From a virus: a DNA stretch of 64,000 bases. The stretch lies in the IMG/VR virus record IMGVR_UViG_3300030060_005695; one strand, written 5' to 3'. Both the position numbers and the translations under genes were made by a program. The notes under the pieces were generated by a model that was given only the letters and a program-made list of their open reading frames with translations, was not told where the DNA came from and searched no databases. This document shows, one piece after another, positions 29,586-40,600 of this stretch; positions within the stretch are counted from its first letter, which is position 1; every line of letters begins with the position of its first letter.

Positions 29586-30506
29586 ATGGCATTAGGAGCA
29601 TACGGAATTAAAAGACCAGCGGACGTAAAAGTTGAAGACGTACAAATACTAGTACACCAACAGGCAAACCGAGATGCAAGTTCCCCTGTTTCTGTTTTTG
29701 AAATAAACGCAGCAAGTGTATTAACACCTATAGTACATAATGGACTACAAACAGGTGGACCAGCAGGAGAAATATTGGGTGGCTTGTACGATTTAAAATT
29801 ACCTTCAGCTGTATTTTCTAATAAAGGTGTATATACTGTTTATATAAGACCAATAGAAATAAGAACTACTATATTAGATTGTGGTATATTATCATCACTA
29901 CCTAATGTGAAAGGTCTGGTATTTGATTTAAATAGTATACCTATACAATTTAGAAATAGATTTTCACCTATGGATTTAGTAGGTTATAGAATAGAATATT
30001 TAGATGCAGATAGTGGAGCAAAAATAAATAATTTTTACAGAATAGTTACTTCTAATTTTTATTGTACAACAGTAGAACAAAATAATACCAACCCTAGTCA
30101 AACATCACCTAGATACGTATATACAAATGCAAAGACTAATTTGGTTTATTGTACCCTAACACCTACAAGTGCACCATCTAATAACCCAAATGCTATTCCT
30201 TTTATAGGACAACCAGGACAATCAGTCATAATCACTAACACTTACTTTAACCCAACCGTACTCGACATAGAAATGGTAGACCACGATTTCGATACACTAG
30301 CTATCGCACTGTATGGAAATCAAGCCAAATCTATCGATAATGGAATTTACACTCTCTATGATTTATCTGGTGCTGACAACATATACATGCAATATGACTT
30401 ATATGAAGTAAGAGACCAGTTTAATGGACAATTATATGAAGTAAAACAAAATAGAGGAAACAATATTGATTTTAGTCAAGCGTTTAGTACAATAACTAAC
30501 TTTTAG
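29586..30506 (+). CDS. Putative structural protein
   Basis: 306 aa; MALGAYGIKRPADV, LGGLYDLKLP, in tail operon. Confidence 0.6.
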   Translation: MALGAYGIKRPADVKVEDVQILVHQQANRDASSPVSVFEINAASVLTPIVHNGLQTGGPAGEILGGLYDLKLPSAVFSNKGVYTVYIRPIEIRTTILDCGILSSLPNVKGLVFDLNSIPIQFRNRFSPMDLVGYRIEYLDADSGAKINNFYRIVTSNFYCTTVEQNNTNPSQTSPRYVYTNAKTNLVYCTLTPTSAPSNNPNAIPFIGQPGQSVIITNTYFNPTVLDIEMVDHDFDTLAIALYGNQAKSIDNGIYTLYDLSGADNIYMQYDLYEVRDQFNGQLYEVKQNRGNNIDFSQAFSTITNF

Positions 30507-30511
30507 TAATT

Positions 30512-33500
30512 ATGGCTAGTAATCGATTTAGATATCCACCGGCCCCTAATAACGGAGGGGATACCTTCAGTGATTTTTTAGTGGGGAACCAATTCATGGG
30601 GTCCCAACAAATGACATTAGGTAATTTTTATACCCAACCTTCATATAATCAACCAAATACACCAGAATACAATCTAGGAACATTCTCAAATCCAATAACC
30701 CTAGAATCCCTAAGTAACGAAAGCTTAGCCTTAGCTCAAAAATTAACAAGTAATAGTTTAGAGGTTTTTGTTAATAATGATATGAGTGAGATATCTAGTT
30801 TTGTTTTATACGGGTCACTAAAAAAACGTTTAGCTGTAGCAACACAAAATGTGGTTAATTTTTTTCCCGCAGCTTTATTTATAGACGGAGTTAATATTAA
30901 TCTAGTTTCAGGTAACACTACAGCTTACGATATTCTATATGACTATAGTACAGAAGAAACTACATTTAAAACTAACGTAAACACACTATCCAACCCCTTT
31001 AGTTTAGAATTTACCACAAATGGAGATTTATTAAATGGTGTAATAAGTAAGGAACAAATATTAAATAATTTTAATACTTTTGGAGTTTCTGCTGATACCC
31101 TACTAAATATTGCTGACGGAACTGTAGCACCAATTAGAAATATTACACAACATTTTAAAAAATACGCTTTGAGTTTTAGCGGCCAAATCGGTGAAAAAGA
31201 GTATATAGTTAAAGAATTTAAACCACAAACAACAACCACAGACTACATAGAATTTACTGTAGAAGGTAACCCATTTAACTTACCATTAACAGGTGGCACA
31301 GCAGTAACCTCAACAACAGAAACATTCTACATAAAACCAACTCAAAACCAAACAGAAGAAGAGTTTAAAAATTTAGACAATGTAGAAAGGTTTTTAGTTA
31401 ATAGAGACATCACACCCATATATACATCAGTATTTCAAGTCGTAAAAGAAACAACTAACGGTGTAAAATATTATGATAAAGTAAAACAAACTTGGCCTTT
31501 AGAAGATAATGTAAATATAGATATAATTAGTGATAGATATACTAACTACCTAATAAAATTAGCGGATTTAGGTGATGAAATTGATAAAGAAAAAACAAAT
31601 TTAGTTTCTAGATTTTTAACATCACCTCAGTTAAAAGAATTTGACGGAACCAACCAACACGTAGAAAAAACTTTACAAATTTACGGTAGAAGTTTTGATG
31701 ATATAAAAACTTTTGTTGATGGGATAGCTTATATGACAAATGTAACCTATGATGGTAAAAATAGTATACCTAATGAATTAATAAAAAATTTCGCAAAAAC
31801 ACTAGGATGGTCAACACCTAGTACATTAAATAACACAACATTTTTAGATAGTGTGTTGGGTGTAAGTGTACCAGAATACTCAGGTACTAGTATGTCTCAA
31901 ACACCAGCAGAACTGGACATTGAATTGTATAGAAGAATATTGTTAAACACAGCTTACTTATTTAAGTCAAAAGGAACTAGAAAATCTATAGAATTTTTAC
32001 TCACCCTACTAGGTGCACCAGAAGCTTTAGTTGAATTTAATGAATATGTGGTCATAGCGGGAGCTCCAATAAACATGAATCCAGGTATGAGATTTGAGTG
32101 GGTTCAAACAGCAGCCGGTGAAGTTCCTAGTTACAAAAAAATACAAAATAGATTTGATTACCAGTGGGAAAAAATATCAGGAGGTTCCTACACTACTGAA
32201 ACACTAAATTATAGTATACCATTTAATCAATATTATGTTTCTACAGGTACTACTTTTAATCCTTTCATCTTAGATGACTATCCTATAGATGAACAGGGAT
32301 ACCCAACAAAACCAAGACTCACAGAAAGTTACTTTTTTCAACGAGGTGCCGGTTGGTTTGAAATGACAGAAGAACATAAATCAGATTTAGTTTTAAATCT
32401 AAGTGCTTCCACTTTGACTGGTTGTACACCTAACGCGGTAACTAAGTATGCTGAGTTCACATGGGGAGGTTTTTGGACTATGGGCCAATACTCTAATTTA
32501 GTTAAAGCACCTTATCTTGATAGATTTAGAAGATTTCCACACATGTCATTTGGTTTTGGTCTTACCAGAATTAACGATGATAAAAAATCTTGGGTCTATA
32601 AAGAAGGAAAACAAGATAGAGATTATTCTTTTAACAATAGAGACGCTTACTACCAAACATTAAATGAAAAACTAGTATTAAATGTAAAAAATGTTGACTT
32701 ATCATTAAATATAGGACAAGGTTTAACTTATGATGTATGGCAACAGTCGGTTAAGTCGGATTGTTTCTTTAGTGGTGGTACATTACCTTCACCCTATCCT
32801 AGGCCAGGAGGTGTTTGGGATTCTACGAATCCAAAAATAAATGCAAAAACCTTAGACTTTAAAACATTTAAAAATAATTTTTGGAAAGTTTTTATAGACG
32901 CCAAAAATAGAATGACTATAAACGACGGTAAGACAGGAGGGTACCCAACACTACAACAAATTTATTTAGATTATTTGCATAAAAATTGTGGTGAAAATAA
33001 TCAGTACACATATCAAAAGATGATTGATTACGCTCAAGCATTAGGTGACTATTGGATAAAAATTGTAGAACAGATGGTACCTACTACAACATTATGGACT
33101 AGTGGGGTTAAGGTAGAAAATTCTGCATTTCATAGAGATAAATTTGTTTATAAATGTTTTAGTGTAAGTGGTGACCCACTACAAAGTGTGTACTCAATGA
33201 CGTTTACTACTTCCGCAAGTGGTTATACTGGTTATCCATGGCCGTTATTTAGTAACTCAGCTAGAATGATGTCTATGCCTACACCCCCACAATCTGGTAC
33301 AACTTACTATAATAATTTATTTTCTGGTTCAGGAACCATACCACTTTCTAGTTATGCAAATTCTTACAATATAAACAATCAAGGTAGATTTACGGGTAGT
33401 CCACTTCTTAGTAAAGAAACAAATAAACTATCAAATAGTTTTCAAACCAACAGAACAAAATTTACATCTAAGGCAGTCTTTACAAAAAAAGGAAGTACAG

Positions 33501-33703
33501 ATAATTTATTATGTATAAAAGGTTTGAAAGAATTAGGTTTTGATGACCTAAGTTGGTTAGAAAACTACACTTTAACCCCTACAGAAAACACACAAACTCT
33601 TAGAAGTGGTGTAGGTAGTAGTATAAACACAAATAGACCATCTAGTCCTTCTGGAGGAATGTCAACAGGAGGAGGTATGTCTAGTGGTGGTGGTGGATAT
33701 TAA
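30512..33703 (+). CDS. Baseplate wedge protein, T4 gp7 / P2 gpI-like core
   Basis: IPNELIKNFAKTLGW...YRRILLNTAYLFKSKGTRKSIEFLL motif; Gly/Ser tail ending GGGGY. Confidence 0.65.
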   Translation: MASNRFRYPPAPNNGGDTFSDFLVGNQFMGSQQMTLGNFYTQPSYNQPNTPEYNLGTFSNPITLESLSNESLALAQKLTSNSLEVFVNNDMSEISSFVLYGSLKKRLAVATQNVVNFFPAALFIDGVNINLVSGNTTAYDILYDYSTEETTFKTNVNTLSNPFSLEFTTNGDLLNGVISKEQILNNFNTFGVSADTLLNIADGTVAPIRNITQHFKKYALSFSGQIGEKEYIVKEFKPQTTTTDYIEFTVEGNPFNLPLTGGTAVTSTTETFYIKPTQNQTEEEFKNLDNVERFLVNRDITPIYTSVFQVVKETTNGVKYYDKVKQTWPLEDNVNIDIISDRYTNYLIKLADLGDEIDKEKTNLVSRFLTSPQLKEFDGTNQHVEKTLQIYGRSFDDIKTFVDGIAYMTNVTYDGKNSIPNELIKNFAKTLGWSTPSTLNNTTFLDSVLGVSVPEYSGTSMSQTPAELDIELYRRILLNTAYLFKSKGTRKSIEFLLTLLGAPEALVEFNEYVVIAGAPINMNPGMRFEWVQTAAGEVPSYKKIQNRFDYQWEKISGGSYTTETLNYSIPFNQYYVSTGTTFNPFILDDYPIDEQGYPTKPRLTESYFFQRGAGWFEMTEEHKSDLVLNLSASTLTGCTPNAVTKYAEFTWGGFWTMGQYSNLVKAPYLDRFRRFPHMSFGFGLTRINDDKKSWVYKEGKQDRDYSFNNRDAYYQTLNEKLVLNVKNVDLSLNIGQGLTYDVWQQSVKSDCFFSGGTLPSPYPRPGGVWDSTNPKINAKTLDFKTFKNNFWKVFIDAKNRMTINDGKTGGYPTLQQIYLDYLHKNCGENNQYTYQKMIDYAQALGDYWIKIVEQMVPTTTLWTSGVKVENSAFHRDKFVYKCFSVSGDPLQSVYSMTFTTSASGYTGYPWPLFSNSARMMSMPTPPQSGTTYYNNLFSGSGTIPLSSYANSYNINNQGRFTGSPLLSKETNKLSNSFQTNRTKFTSKAVFTKKGSTDNLLCIKGLKELGFDDLSWLENYTLTPTENTQTLRSGVGSSINTNRPSSPSGGMSTGGGMSSGGGGY

Positions 33704-33708
33704 AAGTT

Positions 33709-36700
33709 ATGGCAAATAAAACATATAAATCATATATAGACTTGAGAGTATTGGGTGATGAGATAAAATTTTTACTTTTACTCTCTAACACACCAGACAA
33801 TACTACAAGTAGGGCTTACAATAAGAAAAAATGTATGACCATAACTTACAATACTGAAAATTTAGTAGAAGCTATTTGTATGTATCAGGGTGAAGAAGAA
33901 AGGTTGTTCCTGAGATTTTCTGCCAACCATTTAAAAATTAAACAACATTCTTATGCTCCTAGAGGTACCCAAAACTCTAATGTTATAAACTTAAGAAAAA
34001 CAGATATGTTCCTAGAGGTATTCAAAACCAATAAAGGAGTACATAGTTTTGAAAGTGTTAAAGGTAATGGTTTTGGAGCCTTTTTATCGCACCCAAACTA
34101 CTTTTCTACAGAAATATCAAAAAATGCTGTTAGGGGTGTAGGGGCAATGCTACCATTCCAAAACATGGTTATGGGCAAATTTCACTCACTACAAATGTTA
34201 TTACCCGGAGCTTACATGCCAAAAAATGTAGCTAATATGTATTCTTTTGATTTGGATATACACATACAGTCCGAAGGTCAATTCATAAAATCTTTAGGGT
34301 TTAAAACACAAAAAGAAGAGATAACTATAGTACAAGGTACAGAATTACCTATTGTTTCACCGGAACCTATAATAAATGTAACACCTAACATAAAATTAGA
34401 TACGACATACATACCTTTAAGTAGTAATGATTTAGCTTCTAGAGAAATTATTTTTGATTACAATAAAGAATTAGTTAAACAAAATGTTGACGCATCTTCA
34501 TTAACATTAATGAGTAGTGAAGTATACACTATAAAAAACCCACAAAATTTAAATACAAATTTAGAAAATGTGGGGTTAACTGATAGTAATATTATTGAAA
34601 TACCTTACAATATATCTAGAGAAGTAGAATATGGTAAAATAAAAACAAGTAGAAAGGTAATAAAAAACGGTAAAGAAATGTATCCCCTAGGTTGGATTAA
34701 TGAACTTAGAGATAATAAAATTGTTTCCAGAAGTGATAAATGCTTTTCTTTATCATTTAATAGTAGAGAACAACTTATAGCGTTTTCAGAAAAACTAAAA
34801 AAACAACAAATAGGTAATATAGAAACTTATCCCGTAGTCAACAAACAATCTGATAGTAGGGATACGATAGTCCGACCTAAAAAAACTTACAGTAAAATAT
34901 CCCAGTGGATTGAAAGGTCTTTATTAGATGAATACAATGATGTTAGATTTACTTATGACAGTGACGCTTACATAGAGAGTATACTGATTTGCCCAAGGAA
35001 AAAAACAAAGGTAAATAATAATGCTGGAGTCACAAAAGAAATGTATAGCGATGGTACATTACTAAGACAACTTAATGGAGAACCATATATTGGTGATTAT
35101 CACTACAACCCAAAGTTAGGACCTGTTACAGGTAAAGATAGTAATAGTACAAACCAACAACTACTAACAGAATTATATTGTTATGCACCAATTAGTGCAA
35201 ATAGTACTACCGATTTTTATTTGACTACTTATGGTATGAAAAAAGTGGACATATATTCATCATTTACCTCCACCACAAGTTCTAGTTACGAACCAAATTA
35301 TACCTATGATTTACATATAAGTGGTGATTCATTCTCAGCACATTCAGCTACTACAGGAACCACAAGCATACCAATAAGTAATATGGATAGAGAATATATC
35401 TGTCCAATGATAAATGATGTTAACAAACAATATAAACCCTATAGTTTTAGTGGGGTTTATAGTGGTAATACTGGTGGGTCTTTAGCTTTAGATGAGAATG
35501 ACCCTAAACACTATATGACTTATACTGTTAAGAGTAGTGGAGTGTATAGATTTACCTATAAAGCATTTTTAAATGTTAAATACACAGACACTAAATGGTG
35601 TGATTATGTAAGTCGTATATGTCCTAGTGCGGTTACAGCAACTACCGGAATTTTTCCACAAAATGATTACCAGACTAAAAGACTAATAAACACATCTATC
35701 ATTCAAGGAGGAGAAGATGAAACTAGAACAACCTTACAAGATACTGGTGGTAAAGCTCATCCAGGTTATAGATTTAAGAGACCAGGTGATGGTTGGTGGG
35801 ACCAAACACCAATCAATAGTGGTATTATGAAATTTAATTTTGAGGCTTCTATATTAAAATATAGTAGTGGTTCTACAACAGAAGGTACTGTTACAGGAGG
35901 TACCTCTGGTACACCTTCTACGATAGTGAGTAGTAGTGTTAAAAGAGCGAATATTGATGGATATGCGGATAACTATCTAACACTAGACGTTAGTGAAAAT
36001 GATAAATACTCCAACACATACAATGTTTGTATAACCACAGGTGCATCAGCAACAACTATTTTTTCTAAACAAATACCAATTGTTCTAGATACCGGACTAA
36101 TAAGTTTAGCTGCGGGAGACATAATAGAGTTAGCTTATGATTTAAATTGGGAATCAATATCTAAAGGTAATTACTTTGGTGGAGGTGGTACTACAAATTT
36201 AGATATTAATCTAGGACATGAAATAGATAATTTAGGTAATAAAATAGCATCACCATGGTATAGAGGTGTTAAATTATCTAGTTCTATAATATATAAAAAT
36301 TTATTTTTTGACGCAAGTAAACAATCTAAACCATTTTTAATGAAAACAGATGGTATGGATAAAGAAGTTAGGTTAGATGGTACTTTATATTTATCCGACC
36401 GTAAATGTGGTAATATAAAAAGACCAACCATAACACCACAATCATTTTTAAACCAAACCTTTTTAGATAGTTCTGCACCTAACCATAAATTAGTTTGGGA
36501 TATAACATCACCGACACCAGTAAATAATTGGAAAAATTTACTAGAAGATAATATTATAAAAGACTACCAGTTAACAAATAGCCCACAAAATAAATTAACG
36601 GCTATGAAAAAAGAAGGAATATTCTGTTTCTACCTACCAACCTATAATAGTGAATTCGGAGCAAAATGTGATTTTAATTTTCCACAAATAACACAATCCT

Positions 36701-37674
36701 ATGTTATTATTAATAAATTTAAAAACTTTTTTGGTAATGATTTAACACACTATCTAGTTGTTACACCAACATGTAATTTTTATAAACCATGTTCAGGAAC
36801 TAAATTATTAAGTGATTATGATATTTTACATAAGACAAGACCAGATAGATGGAAAGTACAAAACGTAGATAAAAAAATAACAATAGACGGTAAAGAAATA
36901 ACCATATTAAGTAGTGAATCACACTCTAATCCTAAACCAAAAACCCTTTCCAACCAGACTATATGCAAGTACTTTTGTGATTGTGGACAAGATGTTGCGG
37001 AACATTTAGAAATAGACCCTATATATGGTATAACAGATTTATTTACTGATTTAGAAGGACAAAATTGTACTGATTGTGTAGAAAATTCTAGAAAACATTG
37101 TAGTCAAATACACGCAAAATGTAAACCAGTTATAATAGAAGACTGTTCAGAACTTAAAGACTATGCACAATCTACAACAGAAACAGGGATACCAATTAAG
37201 TTAAAAGGAACTATTATTGTTAACCCCGCAACTACAACTGGTGGTGGAAAACCTAAACCAGATGACAAAGATGATGATGTAGAAATAGAAGGAAAAGCAG
37301 ACGTAAAAGGTCCAGGAGGTACTAGTGAGATAGAAATATTCTATACTTGTAAGGGTGGATTATGTATCCAAGATACAAGAGGAATTTACAGTAGTTTGGA
37401 TGAATGTATCGCTAGGTGTGAAAGAGTAGATAATACTAGCGACCCATCTAAACCCAAAGAACCTGTAAGTCCAACAGAGGAAGCAGCAACTGAAGCGGTC
37501 ATAGATAGTAGAGCAGTAGTAGAAGAAGGTGTAAAAGGTAAACCAACATCTAAAGATGAAATAACACGGATTTTAAAAGAATCCATAAAAGAAAAAGAAG
37601 AAGCCGGTGTTTGTAAAAAAGGTTATTATTGGTGTGAAAAAAGAGGGTGTATACCATTAAAAGAAGAATGTTAA
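33709..37674 (+). CDS. Large mosaic putative virion protein with C-terminal Cys modules
   Basis: 1321 aa; GEPYIGDYHY..GPVTG motif; C-terminal YSSLDECIARC and CKKGYYWC..GCIP modules shared with the 19989 protein. Confidence 0.55.
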   Translation: MANKTYKSYIDLRVLGDEIKFLLLLSNTPDNTTSRAYNKKKCMTITYNTENLVEAICMYQGEEERLFLRFSANHLKIKQHSYAPRGTQNSNVINLRKTDMFLEVFKTNKGVHSFESVKGNGFGAFLSHPNYFSTEISKNAVRGVGAMLPFQNMVMGKFHSLQMLLPGAYMPKNVANMYSFDLDIHIQSEGQFIKSLGFKTQKEEITIVQGTELPIVSPEPIINVTPNIKLDTTYIPLSSNDLASREIIFDYNKELVKQNVDASSLTLMSSEVYTIKNPQNLNTNLENVGLTDSNIIEIPYNISREVEYGKIKTSRKVIKNGKEMYPLGWINELRDNKIVSRSDKCFSLSFNSREQLIAFSEKLKKQQIGNIETYPVVNKQSDSRDTIVRPKKTYSKISQWIERSLLDEYNDVRFTYDSDAYIESILICPRKKTKVNNNAGVTKEMYSDGTLLRQLNGEPYIGDYHYNPKLGPVTGKDSNSTNQQLLTELYCYAPISANSTTDFYLTTYGMKKVDIYSSFTSTTSSSYEPNYTYDLHISGDSFSAHSATTGTTSIPISNMDREYICPMINDVNKQYKPYSFSGVYSGNTGGSLALDENDPKHYMTYTVKSSGVYRFTYKAFLNVKYTDTKWCDYVSRICPSAVTATTGIFPQNDYQTKRLINTSIIQGGEDETRTTLQDTGGKAHPGYRFKRPGDGWWDQTPINSGIMKFNFEASILKYSSGSTTEGTVTGGTSGTPSTIVSSSVKRANIDGYADNYLTLDVSENDKYSNTYNVCITTGASATTIFSKQIPIVLDTGLISLAAGDIIELAYDLNWESISKGNYFGGGGTTNLDINLGHEIDNLGNKIASPWYRGVKLSSSIIYKNLFFDASKQSKPFLMKTDGMDKEVRLDGTLYLSDRKCGNIKRPTITPQSFLNQTFLDSSAPNHKLVWDITSPTPVNNWKNLLEDNIIKDYQLTNSPQNKLTAMKKEGIFCFYLPTYNSEFGAKCDFNFPQITQSYVIINKFKNFFGNDLTHYLVVTPTCNFYKPCSGTKLLSDYDILHKTRPDRWKVQNVDKKITIDGKEITILSSESHSNPKPKTLSNQTICKYFCDCGQDVAEHLEIDPIYGITDLFTDLEGQNCTDCVENSRKHCSQIHAKCKPVIIEDCSELKDYAQSTTETGIPIKLKGTIIVNPATTTGGGKPKPDDKDDDVEIEGKADVKGPGGTSEIEIFYTCKGGLCIQDTRGIYSSLDECIARCERVDNTSDPSKPKEPVSPTEEAATEAVIDSRAVVEEGVKGKPTSKDEITRILKESIKEKEEAGVCKKGYYWCEKRGCIPLKEEC

Positions 37675-37688
37675 AAAAGAGATAAATA

Positions 37689-40600
37689 ATGTCAATATCG
37701 TATGTAGGTAATATGAAATTAAATGGTTATAAAATAACCAACACTTTAAGTGGTTCTTGTAATGGAAGTATTATAGGAGCCAATATATCTGCGAGTACTA
37801 ATAGTGCACCTTACCTAGTAACTTGGTCAGGTACTAATACTTTATATACAGCAGATACTTTTGATATTAGTAATTTATGTGCTGATGATTACGTAGCTAC
37901 TATAACAGATTATACGGGAGCTACTGCAACTACCACAATAACACTTAGTGCTTTCACAGTACCTAGTATAGAAGCTAGTTTAACTAACGATGATTGTGTA
38001 CTAGACCCAAATAAAAAGGGGGAAATAACAGTATCAGACTCTACTACCACCACACCCACATATACATATGAGTTAAGAAAAAATAATAAATTAGTAGACA
38101 TTTATTATGGTAATACAGGAAATACACGTCATGCTTTCAGTGGTATAGAAAATGGTTTATATACTGTTACAGTAATGGAAGAAAAAATAATAGATTTTGA
38201 TACCAGACCATCACAAAGTGGTTGTACAGCATATAATTTTAATGACAATGGAGCCAATTATGGTTGGTTACTACCTAATATAATCGGTAATACATGGGAA
38301 AATTTTCTTCCTAACGCACCTTTTCACTTAACATTTAAAAATGGTTGGGGTCCCGCTACAGGTGGTACCCAAATATATTATGAAACAGGAATATTACCAG
38401 ATGGTACTATAGATAGTGACAACCCTTATGTTTGGTTTTATACTGGTGATACTTTAACTAGAAAAACAGATTTGGGAAAAAATTGGTATTTAGGTGTTAG
38501 TGCATTAACTAAAGAAGAGGGTGATAATAATGTAGGCCCTGTTATGGCTAGGACCGCAGCTAACATAGGGTATTTTTATTACAATAGTGTGATTAACAAA
38601 TTTGAATATCTATGGCCAACATATGGTGCTGTTATAAGTTGGATAACTTACGACCCACGTCAAAATTATGGGATACCAGGTAACCCTAGAAGTTCTAATT
38701 TAACAGGAGCAACATCAGGATTTTCAATAGCTAACGTCTCAGCTATTGATGTTACAATTGACCCAGGAAGTGGTACAGTAGAACAATTTGGTGGTATATA
38801 TCCTGACAGTGGAACTAATGGTAAATTTTATGCTAGCTCTACAGCTAATAATGCTAGTGTTGGTGGTATGTTAAGTTTATGTTCGTATAATAATTATTCG
38901 TGGGAAACTACATTTAATGCTACTTCAGACAACGATAGTCTCTATATATTTTTGGCTGCATTTAGAGACGATGACGCAAAATATGGACCATCTGGGTTTA
39001 CATATAGTTTGTATTTACAAGCTAATGGTACATCAGGAAAAATTACTATAGGTCACAATGCGGGTAGTAGCGGTTTTGGTTTTAAAAGAGACGGTTATCA
39101 ATTTAGAGATTGTTTCCAAGGTGCATGTACTACTGTAAATCCTAACGCTGGTAAAGTAAGTATAGCTAATTTTGATGGTTATCTTACACCTTTTAGTGCG
39201 GGAACCGGAGCTTGGCAAGCTATGGGAGCAGTAAGAGTTAAAATAAATCGCTCAGGTACTACAGGAGAACACTTTCATATACAATTTACTGAAACAATGG
39301 GTACAGGTGCGAGTGCAACTAGAGCGATAGGACAAACAAACGGATATAATCCAAGGTACGACATTAATTTTAATCTTTTAGATAGAACTACATGGTCTGG
39401 AAACTCTTTTTCTGCTTATGATGAATATGATTGGTTACAAAGATATGATTTATGTAAATTTTTAGGTTCTAAAAGAATTGGTTATGGACAATCTTCACAA
39501 CCTAATTTGAGTTTCTATCATATTACTTTTACAGGTAACCCATCACAACAAGAAATTCTACCACCAGACTGTGGAAATAGTTTAGGTCCCGCAAATACAG
39601 TAACTATTACAGCTACTACTGGGACAACCACTAATGTAATACAAACTAATGATACTAGTAGTTACTCTTCTACGGAACCCAATGTCCCGAAAGTTAATCC
39701 AAGAGTCAATGTGTCTTTACAAACAATGCCATCACCTAGTGTTAGTATTGTTGGTTTAAGTAAACCAAATGTCAAACTAAGTACACAAATAGGTAATAAA
39801 CCAGCATTATCAGTTTATAATGCAAGTCAAGGTGGTGGTGGTGAAATAAAAGTATATTACGGGGGTAATAACACCGATATGTTATTCGGTAATATGTACC
39901 CAAAGTTTAGAATATATCCTTATATAACAGAAGAAGATAGAATCGCAACTTCACCAGTCTATGAAGCTATTTTTGATACTTTACCTAGTTATTATGATGA
40001 AACCAGTCAAAGTACTATAATAAGTGGAAGTACTTTTATTCCATGGTCAGGTTTCTGTACCGGAAGTAGTTGGGAATACATTGTAAGACCAAGTTACTTA
40101 TTTAAAGATAAAACATCACCTAACGATGTGTGGATTGACACAGCATTTTATCCACCACAAGAATTGGTTTCCACAAGTCAGGATTTTTACATGGCTCTAG
40201 TAAAAGACCCACCAGTACCAAGTCTATCATTAGACGATTTCAGACTACCATTTTCTGTACCACAGATGATGATAGATACTACCGTGGTAACTAATATGCC
40301 ATCACCAACCACACCTCAGTTTAGTAGTGCTACATATAGACACGAAATTAGAAGTGCTAGACCTAGTGTTCCACTAGTTACAGTTAATGGTATTGTAGTG
40401 TCAGAAGGAATGTCAGGTGTTACAGCGGTAGATTCTTTAACTGACGCTGGAGGTACCGATGTTTCTAATTACCACACCATACTACCTACTGGTGACTATA
40501 AATTATCTTTAGGTAATAGAGCAGTCACATTCTTTCCAGAGACAGTTCAAAACGGAGACCAACTACAATTTATTTATGATGCTGCGGGAGGTTCATGGGC

